Source of the DNA: Camelus ferus
Taxonomy: Eukaryota
Direction: 5' to 3'
DNA: 64,000 bases
Assembly: GCF_009834535.1 (NCBI RefSeq)
Contig: NC_045696.1
Span: 90,956,001 to 91,020,000 of the forward strand
Shown: one piece after another, positions 36,085 to 47,779 of the stretch
How positions within the stretch are numbered: the stretch's first letter is position 1
How the letters are laid out: each line of letters opens with the position of its first letter
The notes under the pieces: model-generated
Seen by the model: the letters and a program-made list of their open reading frames with translations, nothing else
Told to the model about the DNA's origin: nothing
The model's database searches: none
Made by a program: the position numbers and the translations under genes

Positions 36085-36437
36085 GAAAATAGATGAATCT
36101 TAGAATGTTGAATGAAAAAAAAAAGCCACAAAGCATACATGACAAGACAAGCAAAATGAAAAACTATATATTTTCAGGCACATCTACCCACATCCTAAAT
36201 TCATATAGATAAGGAAAGGAATGATGAACAGGAAATTCTGGAAAGTGGGTGGAGGAGACTGGGAAGGGACAGTTGGGGAACTTTGGCTGTATTGATTATA
36301 TTCCATTTCTTTACTTGGGTGGTAGATTTATGAGTGTCCATATCGTGTTAACTTAACCTATCTATTATGTGGGTTATTTTGCATGGATTAAATGTGTCAA
36401 AATAAAAAATGCAAAAGGAAAAAAGAAAAAAAAAAAG
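36085..36437 (+). mobile_element. Old L1 (L1ME-type) 3' end
   Basis: 'agatgaatcttagaatgttgaatgaaaaaaaaagcc...tttctttacttgggtggtag' followed by an A-rich tail. Confidence 0.65.
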
Positions 36438-37289
36438 AGTACTAGGCAAGAGCAGCTGAGCATTAGTAGTGACAGTCAGCAGTCACCCCTAGCAGATTTC
36501 AGTGAATTCCAGTGGACAGCCCAAAACCCACGCAAATCTGAGGCTTGCTCTCACTGCCATGGGGGCTCCAGAAGCCCCTCATAGACTCTGATGTCATCTT
36601 GAAGAGGAGCAAAGGAGGAGGAGGAAATTTTTCAAATTGAGCATTTACGCAAAGGAGACTGAGGTAACCCCAAATGGGAAGAAATTTAGTTATCTTTTTT
36701 TGGTTAAGTCTTCCCAGTCTTGCTCCTACAACATCAGTGGAAATGCAGGGGCTCTGGAGCAAGCTGAGATTTGTCTCAGAATACAAAAGAAGTGTTATTT
36801 GTATGGCACATCCAAGCAGTTGACTTCATGAGTAAATTTTTGACCCTAGTGTAAACTAAAGCTTGGATTTCACGTACACATTAGGAAAGGGCAGAAGTTG
36901 TAACCGACTTAGATCCTCAGTCCTGTCCTGCCCTTTGGCTGACTGTGTGACAACCATCATGTCTCTTAAACTGTCTATGGCAGAGTGAGAGGTGATTATG
37001 TGATCTCTGAATTTCCTTCCATGTCTGTAAGCCTAAGTATAAGGGACAACCTTCATTCTCTTGAGCATTCATTGTAGGTTTTCTTTATTCTTCATTCTAT
37101 GATGTGATACAGAGGTGAAGCCATTATTTGAAATATGTAACCCTCAGTGGCAGTGTCATTGGATCCCTTACTTCATAAAGATAAACCACTTTAGAATGAT
37201 TTTTACCTCCCTCAACAAGTTGTGTGCATTTCAGAAGGCCTTTTAAAGGAAAAAGAAAAAGTCGAGAATAGTGAAAGTTAAATACAGCT

Positions 37290-37580
37290 TCCAAAGGATT
37301 TATCAGGTAAATGTTATGGATTGTTGTGATTTAATTTATGGGATTTGTTTGACTTTCAATTACCAGGCATCACATTGAATCACTTTATATTTTGAACTCT
37401 GTAACTAGGACTCCTAACACTCGATCTTTCATTTGGAGAGGGATTATCAATAATTAGACACTGTGGCCTTATTGATCAGCTAATCAATACCCACATTAAT
37501 CACCAGTGGTCTAAAAACAATTCACTCTTTGCATTAAAAGGAATCAGTGTGATCAAATTAGCATCTTTTGCTACAAGCTG
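37290..37580. promoter_or_regulatory. Candidate homeodomain/ONECUT-rich enhancer
   Basis: Three ATCAAT/ATTGAT sites (37446, 37471, 37483), TGATTTAAT (37327) and several TAAT/ATTA in repeat-free sequence. Confidence 0.45.
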
Positions 37581-38619
37581 AGCAAAGCTGTAGCTTTCCA
37601 AAGAGAAGGCAATGGCTGAGAGAGGATATACCTCCAGATTTCAGAGCTAGGTCGACTGTTGCTAAATGAAAATGATTTGATGACACTCAAGTTCTGATTT
37701 TATTTGCTTTTTTTTAATGCTCTGATATTTGTACCGTTTAATAAAATGTTATTAACTACAAAAAATTGGACACAAAATGAACATGCTCTACATTGTAAAT
37801 TAATGTTCTTTATCTTTGCAATTAGACTAGAAGCTGTGTTATGTTGCAAAGAAAATCCAGGTATTTCAGTGATTCTAGAAAGAGCAAATGTTTAGGTTTA
37901 CTAAATGTGAAAGTGATTTGTTATCTATTAAGAATTGAGTGTATCTATTACCCAAGGTGCACATAATCACCCCAGACAGAGCTCCAGACTGGAAGAGACT
38001 CTCTTTTCTTCTCAGAGATGTAGTTCATCTGGTTTCAAGTTAAAGCAACCTGGTAGGTAGGAGGACAGAGAGGAGGACTAGTCCATACAGGTTTTGACTG
38101 CGTCGTCTCCCAGGCTGTCACTGAAACCAGTGGCTGTCAAACAAGGCCATAAATTCACCCAATGGCTTTTAATAATTTGACATTACTTTCATATGAATAA
38201 TTTATAATCTCAAAAGTATGAGACTGTTATTTATGGTTAGTAGCTGTGAAATAATGAGACACATGGTTTTAGGGCTGTTTTTATTACCAAGTGGTGTTCA
38301 TACAGTTGTAGAGAGTTAAAATAAGGAGAAGTTAAAGTGGATTTTTTTTAAAAGATCATATCAGAGGCAGAAATGATATATCACAGATGAGAATAATACT
38401 GCCTGTCTCTTCAAATTTATCCATTACAAACACCACACCATTTCTTTGAAATGGGAGCTTACAGCCACATTCTCTCAGCTTCTTGAAGTCAGTCATTTTC
38501 ATTCTCTGAGGAAATAAAAAACGGACTTGTTTGGTCTTTGAGTCTTGGTTCCTACTAGGGATAAGATAATTATTTAAAATTTTCATTTTGAGTTTTAATA
38601 ATAATAATAATAATAATAA

Positions 38620-39310
38620 AAATTCTTTGTCAATGAAAACTTGAAAAAAGTATGTGTGTAGAATGAAAAAAGATTACCTGTAATCCCACCAAATAATTTT
38701 CACAAAAATATGATAAAATATATAGATTATTTTCTTGTTAGCTTTGATCATTTCCTGCATTTAAAAATAGCTTGTAGAAATGTTATTTTTAGTGATTAAA
38801 ATATTACTCTGCATGGATTTTACATAATTTATTTCCCTATTTAATAATTTTGGCTTTTCCCAATTTTTATTTTTATGAGCAATTCTATGATGAGAATTCT
38901 TGAACATAAATCTTATATTTCTGATTATTTTCTCACGATAGAGTCCCAGGGATGGGGTGCAGGGTCAAAGAGTAAGAACTTTTAAACCTCTCAATATATA
39001 TCACCAAAATACTTTCCCAAAAGTTTATAACAATTTACAAGCTTACCAAAAGTGGGAATGAATATTATCTTAAACAAATTTTGTCAAGTTAATAGGTTTA
39101 AAATATTGTGTATCATTGTTTTAATTTTCAATTTGTGATTACTAGTAACTGAACAATTTTACTATGTTTATTAGCCATTTATACTTATTCTTCTGAGAAA
39201 TGTGTTATTGTCTTTGGTTTTTCTTTTTGTGCAGTTAACACTTTTCTTATTGATTTGTAAGTGCTCTTTATATATTAAAAATACTAGCTCCATTTCACAT
39301 TTTTAATCTG
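38620..39310 (-). mobile_element. Old L1 (L1ME-type) fragment
   Basis: 'tttccaatttt...gggtcaaagagtaagaac...ttaattttcaatttgtgattactagt...tgtttattagccattt...ttgatttgtaagtgctctttatatatt'. Confidence 0.75.
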
Positions 39311-39639
39311 TCTATACATCTTATAATTGAACCAGAACAATGTAGGTCTGTAAATGTCTCATTAAAGATGGGTGGATGCCAAATCTCAAGTGATGAAAGT
39401 GTAGTTTATAACATTTTATAATTAATATCTGTTTATAGTCAACATCTTTAATTCACTTAATCAATAGATATTTATTAGATATATGTATGTGTATGTGTGT
39501 GTAAAACAATACATATATTTATGTATAAAACATATATAAAACAAATATATGTATTTAAAATCTATCTATCATAATTTCTAGAAATAAAACTCATCTCATA
39601 ACCACAAATTTTCTCACCAAGAACTGGACAGTAAATTCA

Positions 39640-40985
39640 ACATATGTCTGTGAGGAAACAGATGTTTAAGAGAGCTCTCATTTCTCAAACATCCACAGTC
39701 TGCTGGGAGAGATGAAAATGTATGCAATTAACTTTAATGCAAGGCAGGATTTGATAAGTACAGTAACAGACTCATACAAAGAATGAAACAGGCTTATGTA
39801 GAAAGGAGAGATTAAATCTGACTGAGATAGTCCCTTTGTGGGCAGAGTTTTGAAGTATCTCTTGTCTTTTTTAAACTATTTTTTAATTGAATGAAAGATT
39901 CTTTAAATTCTCTAGTGCTTTACAATTTTCAAAAGTTGCACACACATAATTTCATATAATCCCATAATAACCCTTTTTTTATCCCCTACTCCTATATTGC
40001 CCCTCTCCCCACTGGTAACCATTAGTTTGTTTTCTATATCTGTGAGTCTGCTGCTTTTTCTTTTATTTACTAGTTTGTTGTATTTTTTAGATTCCACATA
40101 TAAGTGATATCATACAGTATTTGTCTTTCTCTGTTTCATTTAAGCTTAATGCCCTCTAAGTCCATCCATGTTGCTACAGATGGCAAAATTTCATTCTTTT
40201 TTATGGCTGAGTGTTATTCTATTGTGTGTATGTATATATATGTGTATGTATATGTATGTATGTATATATGTGTATATATATATAGAAAGAGAGAGAGCGA
40301 GAGAGCACATATCTTCTTTATCCATTCATCTGTTGATTGACACTTAGGTTGGAAATATCTCTTATATAATAGCTAAGTTTTAGCCTGGCTTGACCCCTTT
40401 AAACCTGGCCTGACCCTCTTTGAACTGGTAGGTTTTTGACAAGGAGAAATTGGGACCAGCGACAGTGGTAAGAGAGCAGTGGAAGGAGAAGGAAATTCCA
40501 GGTGGAAGGACAGCTTGATAAAAGCAGGAAGCTGGAACATGCAGGGATGGCTAAAAACTGCAAGTGTATCAGTGCACAGAGTTAGGATGGAGAACCTGGG
40601 GTGGGGATGAGTCAACTGGAGAGGCAGATGAGGACCAAATGGTAGGCATCTCTGTATGTTCAGGCTGATAAGCTAGGATTAGGGTTTCTGAGCAGATGAG
40701 TTCCATGGTCTGAGCTGTTTGAGACAACTTCCCTGTTGCAGGGATGAAGAATGAATGGGAGGAGGAGAGTGGAGGTGAGGAACACCTCTGGGAGGTGAGA
40801 GGAGTGAGTATTGTACCTAGAGGAGGGACAGTAGAAGGGAGAGAATATGACTCAGGGACAGTCTGAAGGCAGAATTGCTAAGATGTGGTGGCTAGTGGAA
40901 ATGGACAGGAGGAAGGGAAGGAGAGGGAGAAAGATGAATCCCTGATAAACTGAAGTTTGGAGCCTGAGCAGTTCAAGCTGTCTTG
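39640..40985 (-). mobile_element. L2 LINE, interrupted by L1
   Basis: 'cacagtctgctgggagagatg...tgcaaggcag' before the L1 and purine-rich 'gaaggaaattccaggtggaaggacagc...agaattgctaagatgtggtggc...ggagcctgagc' after it. Confidence 0.7.
39864..40351 (-). mobile_element. 5'-truncated L1 with atypical 3' terminus; 12-bp TSD
   Basis: L1 3' UTR 'ttagattccacatataagtgatatcatacagtatttg...tccatccatgttgc'; TSD gaa(g/a)tatctctt at 39852-39863 and 40352-40363. Confidence 0.9.
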
Positions 40986-41129
40986 CTTACATTCCATCCC
41001 AGGGAGTGTGTTTTCATTAGTATGGCTCAGGAGTATACCTGGGTTATAAACCTAACACAGAGGGCAGAATCAAATTCTGGTGCTGACATCACAGGAAGAG
41101 CCCCTCCTCTCCACTCCTCACAGGGGTGT

Positions 41130-41375
41130 ACAGCACATTGGTCAAGACTCTGGAGACCGATTGGCTGGAGCTTCAATCACAGTTACTGGCTCAAGACATG
41201 CTCTAAACTGAGGGACACTGGTTAGTGTCCTCAAGCCCTCACAGCCATATCATCCTCATCTGAACTCACTTCCTGTGTGGTTTTAGGAATTAAGTGAAAT
41301 AATGAATGCAGATGCTGAGCAGAGCAATTTGCAAATAGTAAGTGCTCGGTAAATGCTATATGTAATTGATAGTGG
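41130..41375 (+). mobile_element. MIR SINE
   Basis: 'ggtcaagactctggag...cctcatctgaa...ggaattaagtgaaataatgaatg...aaatagtaagtgctcggtaaatgcta'. Confidence 0.75.
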
Positions 41376-42399
41376 TGAACATTTTGTGGCTATTTTTGAG
41401 AAATAAGAAAAGCAATAGCCCCCATGTTAAGCTCAAGGACTGAAGTATAATAACCTAAAAATAAAATCATAGGGCTGCAAAGAAATCTGATATAGAAACA
41501 AAGAATAAAAACCTAAGCTATGCTGTGTCCATAAAAAATTTTGAAAAAATGAGCTATTAATAGACTTAGTTGTCTCACCTGAGATGGCATCAGAAGGCTT
41601 CCCCTGTTCCATGCTATCCCTGTCTACCTCCTTCAAGGTTTAATGTGAAGGTATACATTGCAGACTTGTCAGACATTGTATTTAATATGTATTATTCTCT
41701 TCATGATATTCATATTTCTCAAGATTAGAGGATTAATTTAAGGAAATTGTATTTGTATGCCCATCGGATATTTGTAGTACTCTGAGCAGATGGGATACTC
41801 AGCAGTCTCTGAATGTGGCATTTCTTTGGATAGGCCGGAAGCACTGATCCAAATGAGATGCTCTCTTTTATAAGTGGAGGTCTGGTCATATTAGAGGGAA
41901 GCTGCACAATAAGAGTGACTTAAATGTTTTCTCAGACTGATGACCTTGAGCAAAATGTCTTTCTAAATGAAATGAAATGAAATTAAACAAAAGTGATTGT
42001 AACTGTGTGGTATCCAGCAGCAATTCAGTAAATGCACATGGCAACTGGTCCATGGGAGAGTGACTGGTCTGATTACAGGGTGTGTGCACCTTGTGCCTCC
42101 TTTAAACAGAGTCCAGAAATACGAAATGCAGAAGTGGAAGTTTTTTTTTTTTATGAAGGTACAAGCAATAATGGATGCTTGTATATAATTTTAGGGCTTT
42201 CCCCTTAGTTATTAAAATCCAATTCATGATAAGTTTTTATTTTCTTATTCTTACTACTAAGTTTTCTCTATTGACATCTGGGTCCTTTTGAAAGTCAGGA
42301 AATCAGGAACAAATTTGTTTGCTCTGTTGGCAATTTCTTTTACATTCAAAGCTGTCTTAGTTTCTTGACATATGAGAAATCGTCCTTGTTTTTAATCAC

Positions 42400-43390
42400 C
42401 ATATTTAAAGTATCTGTGGATTGGAATATAAAAATAAGTAAGATATTAGTGGATTATAAACAATGAATAAACCAAGAATTTGTTAGTATATACTATTACT
42501 AACAAACAAACAGACACACAAACAAGGGAGAGAGAAAGCTCTTCCTTACAGTAGGAATCAAACTAATATGTATAGACAGAATGAGGACGGATGAAGTTAA
42601 AATCACCATTTTGTAATCATCAGGAAAGAGTCATTAATAGATGCTAAAGTAGGGGCTAAAAATTTGATGAGGAATAGGTTTGAAAGTTTCAAAGGACGGT
42701 TTCAAAGTATCTCCCTAAATTATTCATTAATTATATAAATAAAATGGTAACATTACAATGGAGAAACTGGCAGATGCCACCTTTACCAAGTGATCAAAGT
42801 GAGCATCACCATTAATGGGACAAACCAACATCATGAGCCTCCTGATATGATCCCCAGGGAAGGACATAGTATCACTTTTGTGATATTCCTGCCAAAAATG
42901 CATAATCGGAATGTAATCTAATCATGAGGAAACACCAGAGAAATCCACGGTCAGGAGCATGCTACATAATAACCAGCCTGCTCTTTAAAAAAATGTCAAG
43001 ACCAGGAAAGACAAGGAAGAGCTGAATAACTGATTTGGACTAAATGAGACTAAAGAGACATGAGAACTAAATTCAAAGTGGGATCCTGAACCAAAGGGGG
43101 AAATTCCTATAAAAGACATTGTTGGGACAATTAGTGAAACTGGAATATGGCGTGAAGACAATGGTATTGAATTCCTGATTTTGATAACTGTACTGTAGTT
43201 ACGTATGATAACATTCTTGTTCATGGGAAATAGTGAAGTTTTAGAAAGTAAAGGGGAATTATGTATACAACTTACTCTAAGATGGTTTAGAAAAAATAAT
43301 GTGTGTATATATATACATGTATATAGGTGTGTGCACACACACACACATACACAATGGGGCAGGGAGAAGGAAATGCAGCTGCTCAAATAG
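42400..43390 (+). mobile_element. L1MC4-type 3' region
   Basis: 'ggagaaactggcagatgccacctttaccaagtgatcaaagt...cctgccaaaaatgcataa...aatcatgaggaaaca...gagactaaagagacatga'. Confidence 0.85.
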
Positions 43391-44084
43391 CCCTTTTCTC
43401 AGATGTAGACTTCTTAAAGAAAAATGTTTAAGTTACAAAAAGAATGTAAGGACAGATGGTAATTAGTTACATGGTAATTATTTGCTCTCCCACTCTAGTT
43501 GGCTGAGTGTACTTGTGTGAGAATGTAGGCATAGGTAGGCAGTTGCCTTGACATTGATTTTGGGACTATCTTTTGACTAAATGATTGGATATCTATTTAA
43601 AGGGACAGCAATCTCTCCTTTTCTGGAAAATCAGATTGTAACTTCTTTCCACAAACTAGTCTTAAACACTTGACTTTGGACAGATACTACATGTGTGTTT
43701 TATAGTTTATTGTTGAAGCTATGAAACTGAACTTTCAAATTTGAAGCCTGTAATTTTTTTTTTTTTTTTTGGTTAGGAGGAATTCTGTTCAGTTTGCTTT
43801 ATTATAATTCTTATTCTTCATTCAACAGATAACTCCTAAGTACAAGGGAGCTGTCAATAAGCCTCACTCTCATTTTTCTTTTCACCTTGATCTTTGACTG
43901 TTAGTTGCTCAACATGGTAGGAAAATATTGGGTTGAAAGCTTTTCTTATCCAGATTTCATAGTTGGCAGTCTGAATTTTTTATATTTCCAGCATTAGACA
44001 CAAAAACTCGGAGAGGTTGTACTTCAGAAACTTACAAGTGGGATGAGATGGTCTAAAGGCAAAACCATCTTAGAGATTTCTTCT

Positions 44085-44320
44085 GTGGCATCATCAAAAG
44101 AGCATGGTCTTGGGGACAAGACTTTGGCTCCAGTACCATCTTGATTACTTACTACGTTCTTGGACAAACTGCTTTGCCCTGCTGGCCCTCAGTTCATCTG
44201 AAACATCTCTAACCTACCTCTCGAGGGGTGGTAAGCATTAAATGTGAAAACATATCTATCTAAAAAGTGCATAGCATAGATCTGACCTAGAATAAGAGCT
44301 CAATGCATATTTCATTTTTG
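44085..44320 (+). mobile_element. MIR SINE
   Basis: 'aagagcatggtcttgg...cttggacaaactg...cctcagtt...gcattaaatgtg...gctcaatgcat'. Confidence 0.7.
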
Positions 44321-45689
44321 TTAACAATTCTCTGACTGCTTAACAAGACAAAGACCCTGCCCTCACAGTTATGTCCATCACACAGTGAGTCTACACCAGT
44401 TCAACAGTTAAGCTCAGTTTGCTCTAGACGAGGCATTTAATGGTAATATGTTGGAGCCTGTAATGTCTGTCTAATTGTGGGGAATCTTTAGGTTTGGACT
44501 TAATCTTGAAAGCTCCCATAACTTGCCAAAATCAAGCACAGTTTAAAACTCTCTCTCAAAATGCAAGGACTCAATTTAGATTTTAGAGCACTCAGAAAAG
44601 AGACCAAAGCACTCATGTACTTTGGTCTTATGATAAAACACATTGTAGATTCTACCACTTAAAGTCTAAAATTTGAGGAATTGCAGCCAGAGAGAAAATT
44701 CTTTGAGGTTGGTATTAAATGCATTGGGTAGTCTTGGCAGAGGATATCAGCATCTCCTGGAGTAAAAGTATTAGGAGTTAAGCACATGGTAAATGATTAT
44801 TCATGGCTGTGGTATAGAATGTATGATTGGACTTACATTGATAGCACTATTTCTTTTTCTCTACTTTCTTAGACTAATTCATGTAATTTACTACTCCATA
44901 AATTAGTATAATTTCTCCATTTTCAGAATGATCATATCCAAAGTAGAATTTCTCCAAACAAAACCAAATAAAAATACCTGCCCTTGTATCAGGTTAGACT
45001 TAATAGAATACATATCTTTCTCGTTGGACGTATCACTTGTTTTCATTACTCAGAATAACTTTTAACTAAGTTTTAAATTTGGCTCACTTGCGTTGAATTT
45101 TTCAATGTCTTCCTGCATGTGAACTGGGGAATTTCAGTGAACTGTATTTAGCATATGTCTCCCCAAAGCAACCATTAGTAGTCAACAGTCCATAAATCAG
45201 ACTAGACTATTAGGAAAATAGTAAACCACCTAATCACCTGCTCACCAGTCATAATAAAACTGAACTTAGTAATTAATTTACTAATTGGGCCTTAAACAAC
45301 TTGGGCCTTGGTTTAAGACTTATAAGGTACTTTGGGTATTCAGTTTGGCTAAAGCCATAAAATTCCTTCAGAGGTTAATGACATTTTTTGTGTGTGTCAG
45401 TATTATAGTGTTGCCCCAAATAGGTGATAGGACATTTGCTTTACCTGTATATCATTTTATTCTGAGGCTGGAGGGTCACAGTTAGCTTCTTGGTAGAAAT
45501 TAGAATGAGACTTAATCAACTGCAGTTACTCTTGGCTTGATTCAGTTCTGAACTAAAGCCAGTTTCAATTTGGCCAAAGTCAATGTTTCTAGTTTATTAT
45601 TAGCAGTTGACACATAGGAAGATGTGTTCCAGTTGCAATAATCTTCTGATAGGTAGTGGAGATCTTTGGCACAGTAGGCCCATTCTGAC

Positions 45690-45862
45690 TCCCAGGGCTA
45701 TATGAGTGTGCAGACAGGTAGGGTGCAGCCAGGGCCATCTTCAAGGACCCTGCTTTTGGTGTAATGCTCTGTTGTGGTCTTGAAATTCTTAATAATTTTT
45801 GTGTAAGTGTCTCACATTTTTATTTTGCACTGGGTCCTACAAATTACATGGCTTCCAGCTCT
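45690..45862. mobile_element. MER91A-type hAT MITE
   Basis: 'taatgctctgttgtggtcttgaaattcttaataattttt...catttttattttgcactgggtcctacaaattac'. Confidence 0.75.
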
Positions 45863-46389
45863 TCCTGGGTGCCTCCACTCACATATACGTTTACAGAATC
45901 GGTTAAGCCATTGAATGGGCCTGGTGTGAGGTCTCCCCTCTCTTTTTTTCTTTTCCTTAAGTTCTTTGGCACAGGCAGCTGTGTCTTCTGAAAGCAGGCT
46001 TCCTTCTTTATAGTATTATATGGGTCGGGGATTATTTGTTGAAGGCGGTAATATGAAGGTAAAGAAATTCACAAAAAGTTAACTAGCATCGAGCGTGACA
46101 AGTTTGTGAAAATCCTCAGAGTTGATACAGGCATTTTGTACAAAGTGAGGATTCTCTTGAGCTACCTTCTTCAGGGCTGCTTGCTTGTTACCTACAAAAA
46201 TATGTAACTCTGCCTTAAAGTTTTGGGGACACGGTATAAGAGGAAGACTAAATAATTCTTAAGTTCCTTTTCAATTCTGAGATTCTGTAATTCCTTGAGA
46301 AATAGACTTGAGAGCAACAGAGATTTACTTTTCACATGGAAGTGATTAAAGATAAGCCTTACTTCTTACAGATAAACACAATAAAGCTA

Positions 46390-46600
46390 CCATCTACTTA
46401 GTACTTAGACTGTGTGTGTGCCAGGCACTTTGCAGACAAGTTTTTCTCTGAATCTTATGATGGCCCTACAAGGTAGGGTTATTATCTTCATTGCCCCAAT
46501 GAGTAAATGGAAGCTTGGAGAAGGTACGTCAGGGCAGGCAGGACTCAAACTGGCCTGGCTGACTCCCAAGGCCCCCATGCACACCCTCTGCCCTCTGTGG
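46390..46600 (-). mobile_element. MIR SINE
   Basis: 'tgtgccaggcactttgc...aatcttatgatggccctacaaggtagggttattatc...gcaggactcaaac...ctgactcccaaggccc'. Confidence 0.8.
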
Positions 46601-47779
46601 CCTTCCATCAATTAAATAAGCACCGGCTAACCTCTGCGTCAAGGAGAGACCAGCCCAGGGAGTTGAATGTGAGGGCGACCTAGCTGTGACCCTGCCACAC
46701 CATTGATTGCCAAGGCCCATTAGACTGATGTGGTGGCCCGGTGTCTTCTTTCTCTCTCACCTCCATGTGTGTCCGTCAGGCTTCAAGTTGCCAGTTCAAA
46801 CAATAGAAATGTCCTTCCTAGACGCAAGAGGATTCATCCTTGATAGGTGCAGGTGGTGCGAGCACTGCTCAGTGAGTCCTCGAGATGGGGCACTTTTTGT
46901 GACCCCAAAATGCAGCCCAAACTGTTGAGAATGAATGCTGTTGGAAAGGGCTGGCTAGGTCTCTTTCTGCAGGTCGCCTTCCCCTCCTCCCATCTCACCA
47001 GGCACATTTTCAGGGGAGTTTTAGGATGGGATACTGTTAGCTTGCTCTTCCACTGTTGCTAATTTTTTTTTTTAAACAAAACATGTAAAGAGTTGAGGAT
47101 GGATCATCTGTTGAGGAGGAATTCTTTTGCATTTCAATTCACTGTCCATTTAATTAAAGGAATGGAGAAAATACACTGTCATGGAAGCATATACTCAGTA
47201 CATTAGAGAAATAGTTCATTCTTATGCAGAAATTACCCCTGTTAAATCAATGAAGTGGGGTCACTGAGCACATAAATTCTGTTTACATAATTTTAAGCCA
47301 GCAGAGGTAGAGAATGCATCTTCTCAAAGAGTTTGTTTTGAAATTCTGAACAGGCCTAAACTGCTGCTGGTTTCTGGCAAGACCCTCCAGTAAAGTTGGT
47401 ACCTACCTGCTATACACTAAATTGCTTCCAGCAGTTCTGAAGGTAAAGGGAATCAAGTCTTCTATTCAAATAAAAGGAAAAAGTGGGATAATGTGTGTAA
47501 AACACCCAGTGCCTGCCATGTGGTGACTATTCTTTAAAAGTTAGCTACTCTGGTGGTTGTAGGGTTGCCTTATTCTAGGTCAGTTTTCTCATCTCACTAG
47601 AAACATCATAACAATACCTTAAGTTTTCTCAACCATAAAGTACAAATACTCCACTAATCTAGTAAGAAAATTCTGTCCAACTATTAAATCTTTGATAAAA
47701 TGCACAGTTCTTTTGTTTTTCCTTTAATGTCTTAATTACTCCTAGGAGTTTTGCTGTGGTGTATTTTTATTTTAAAAAT

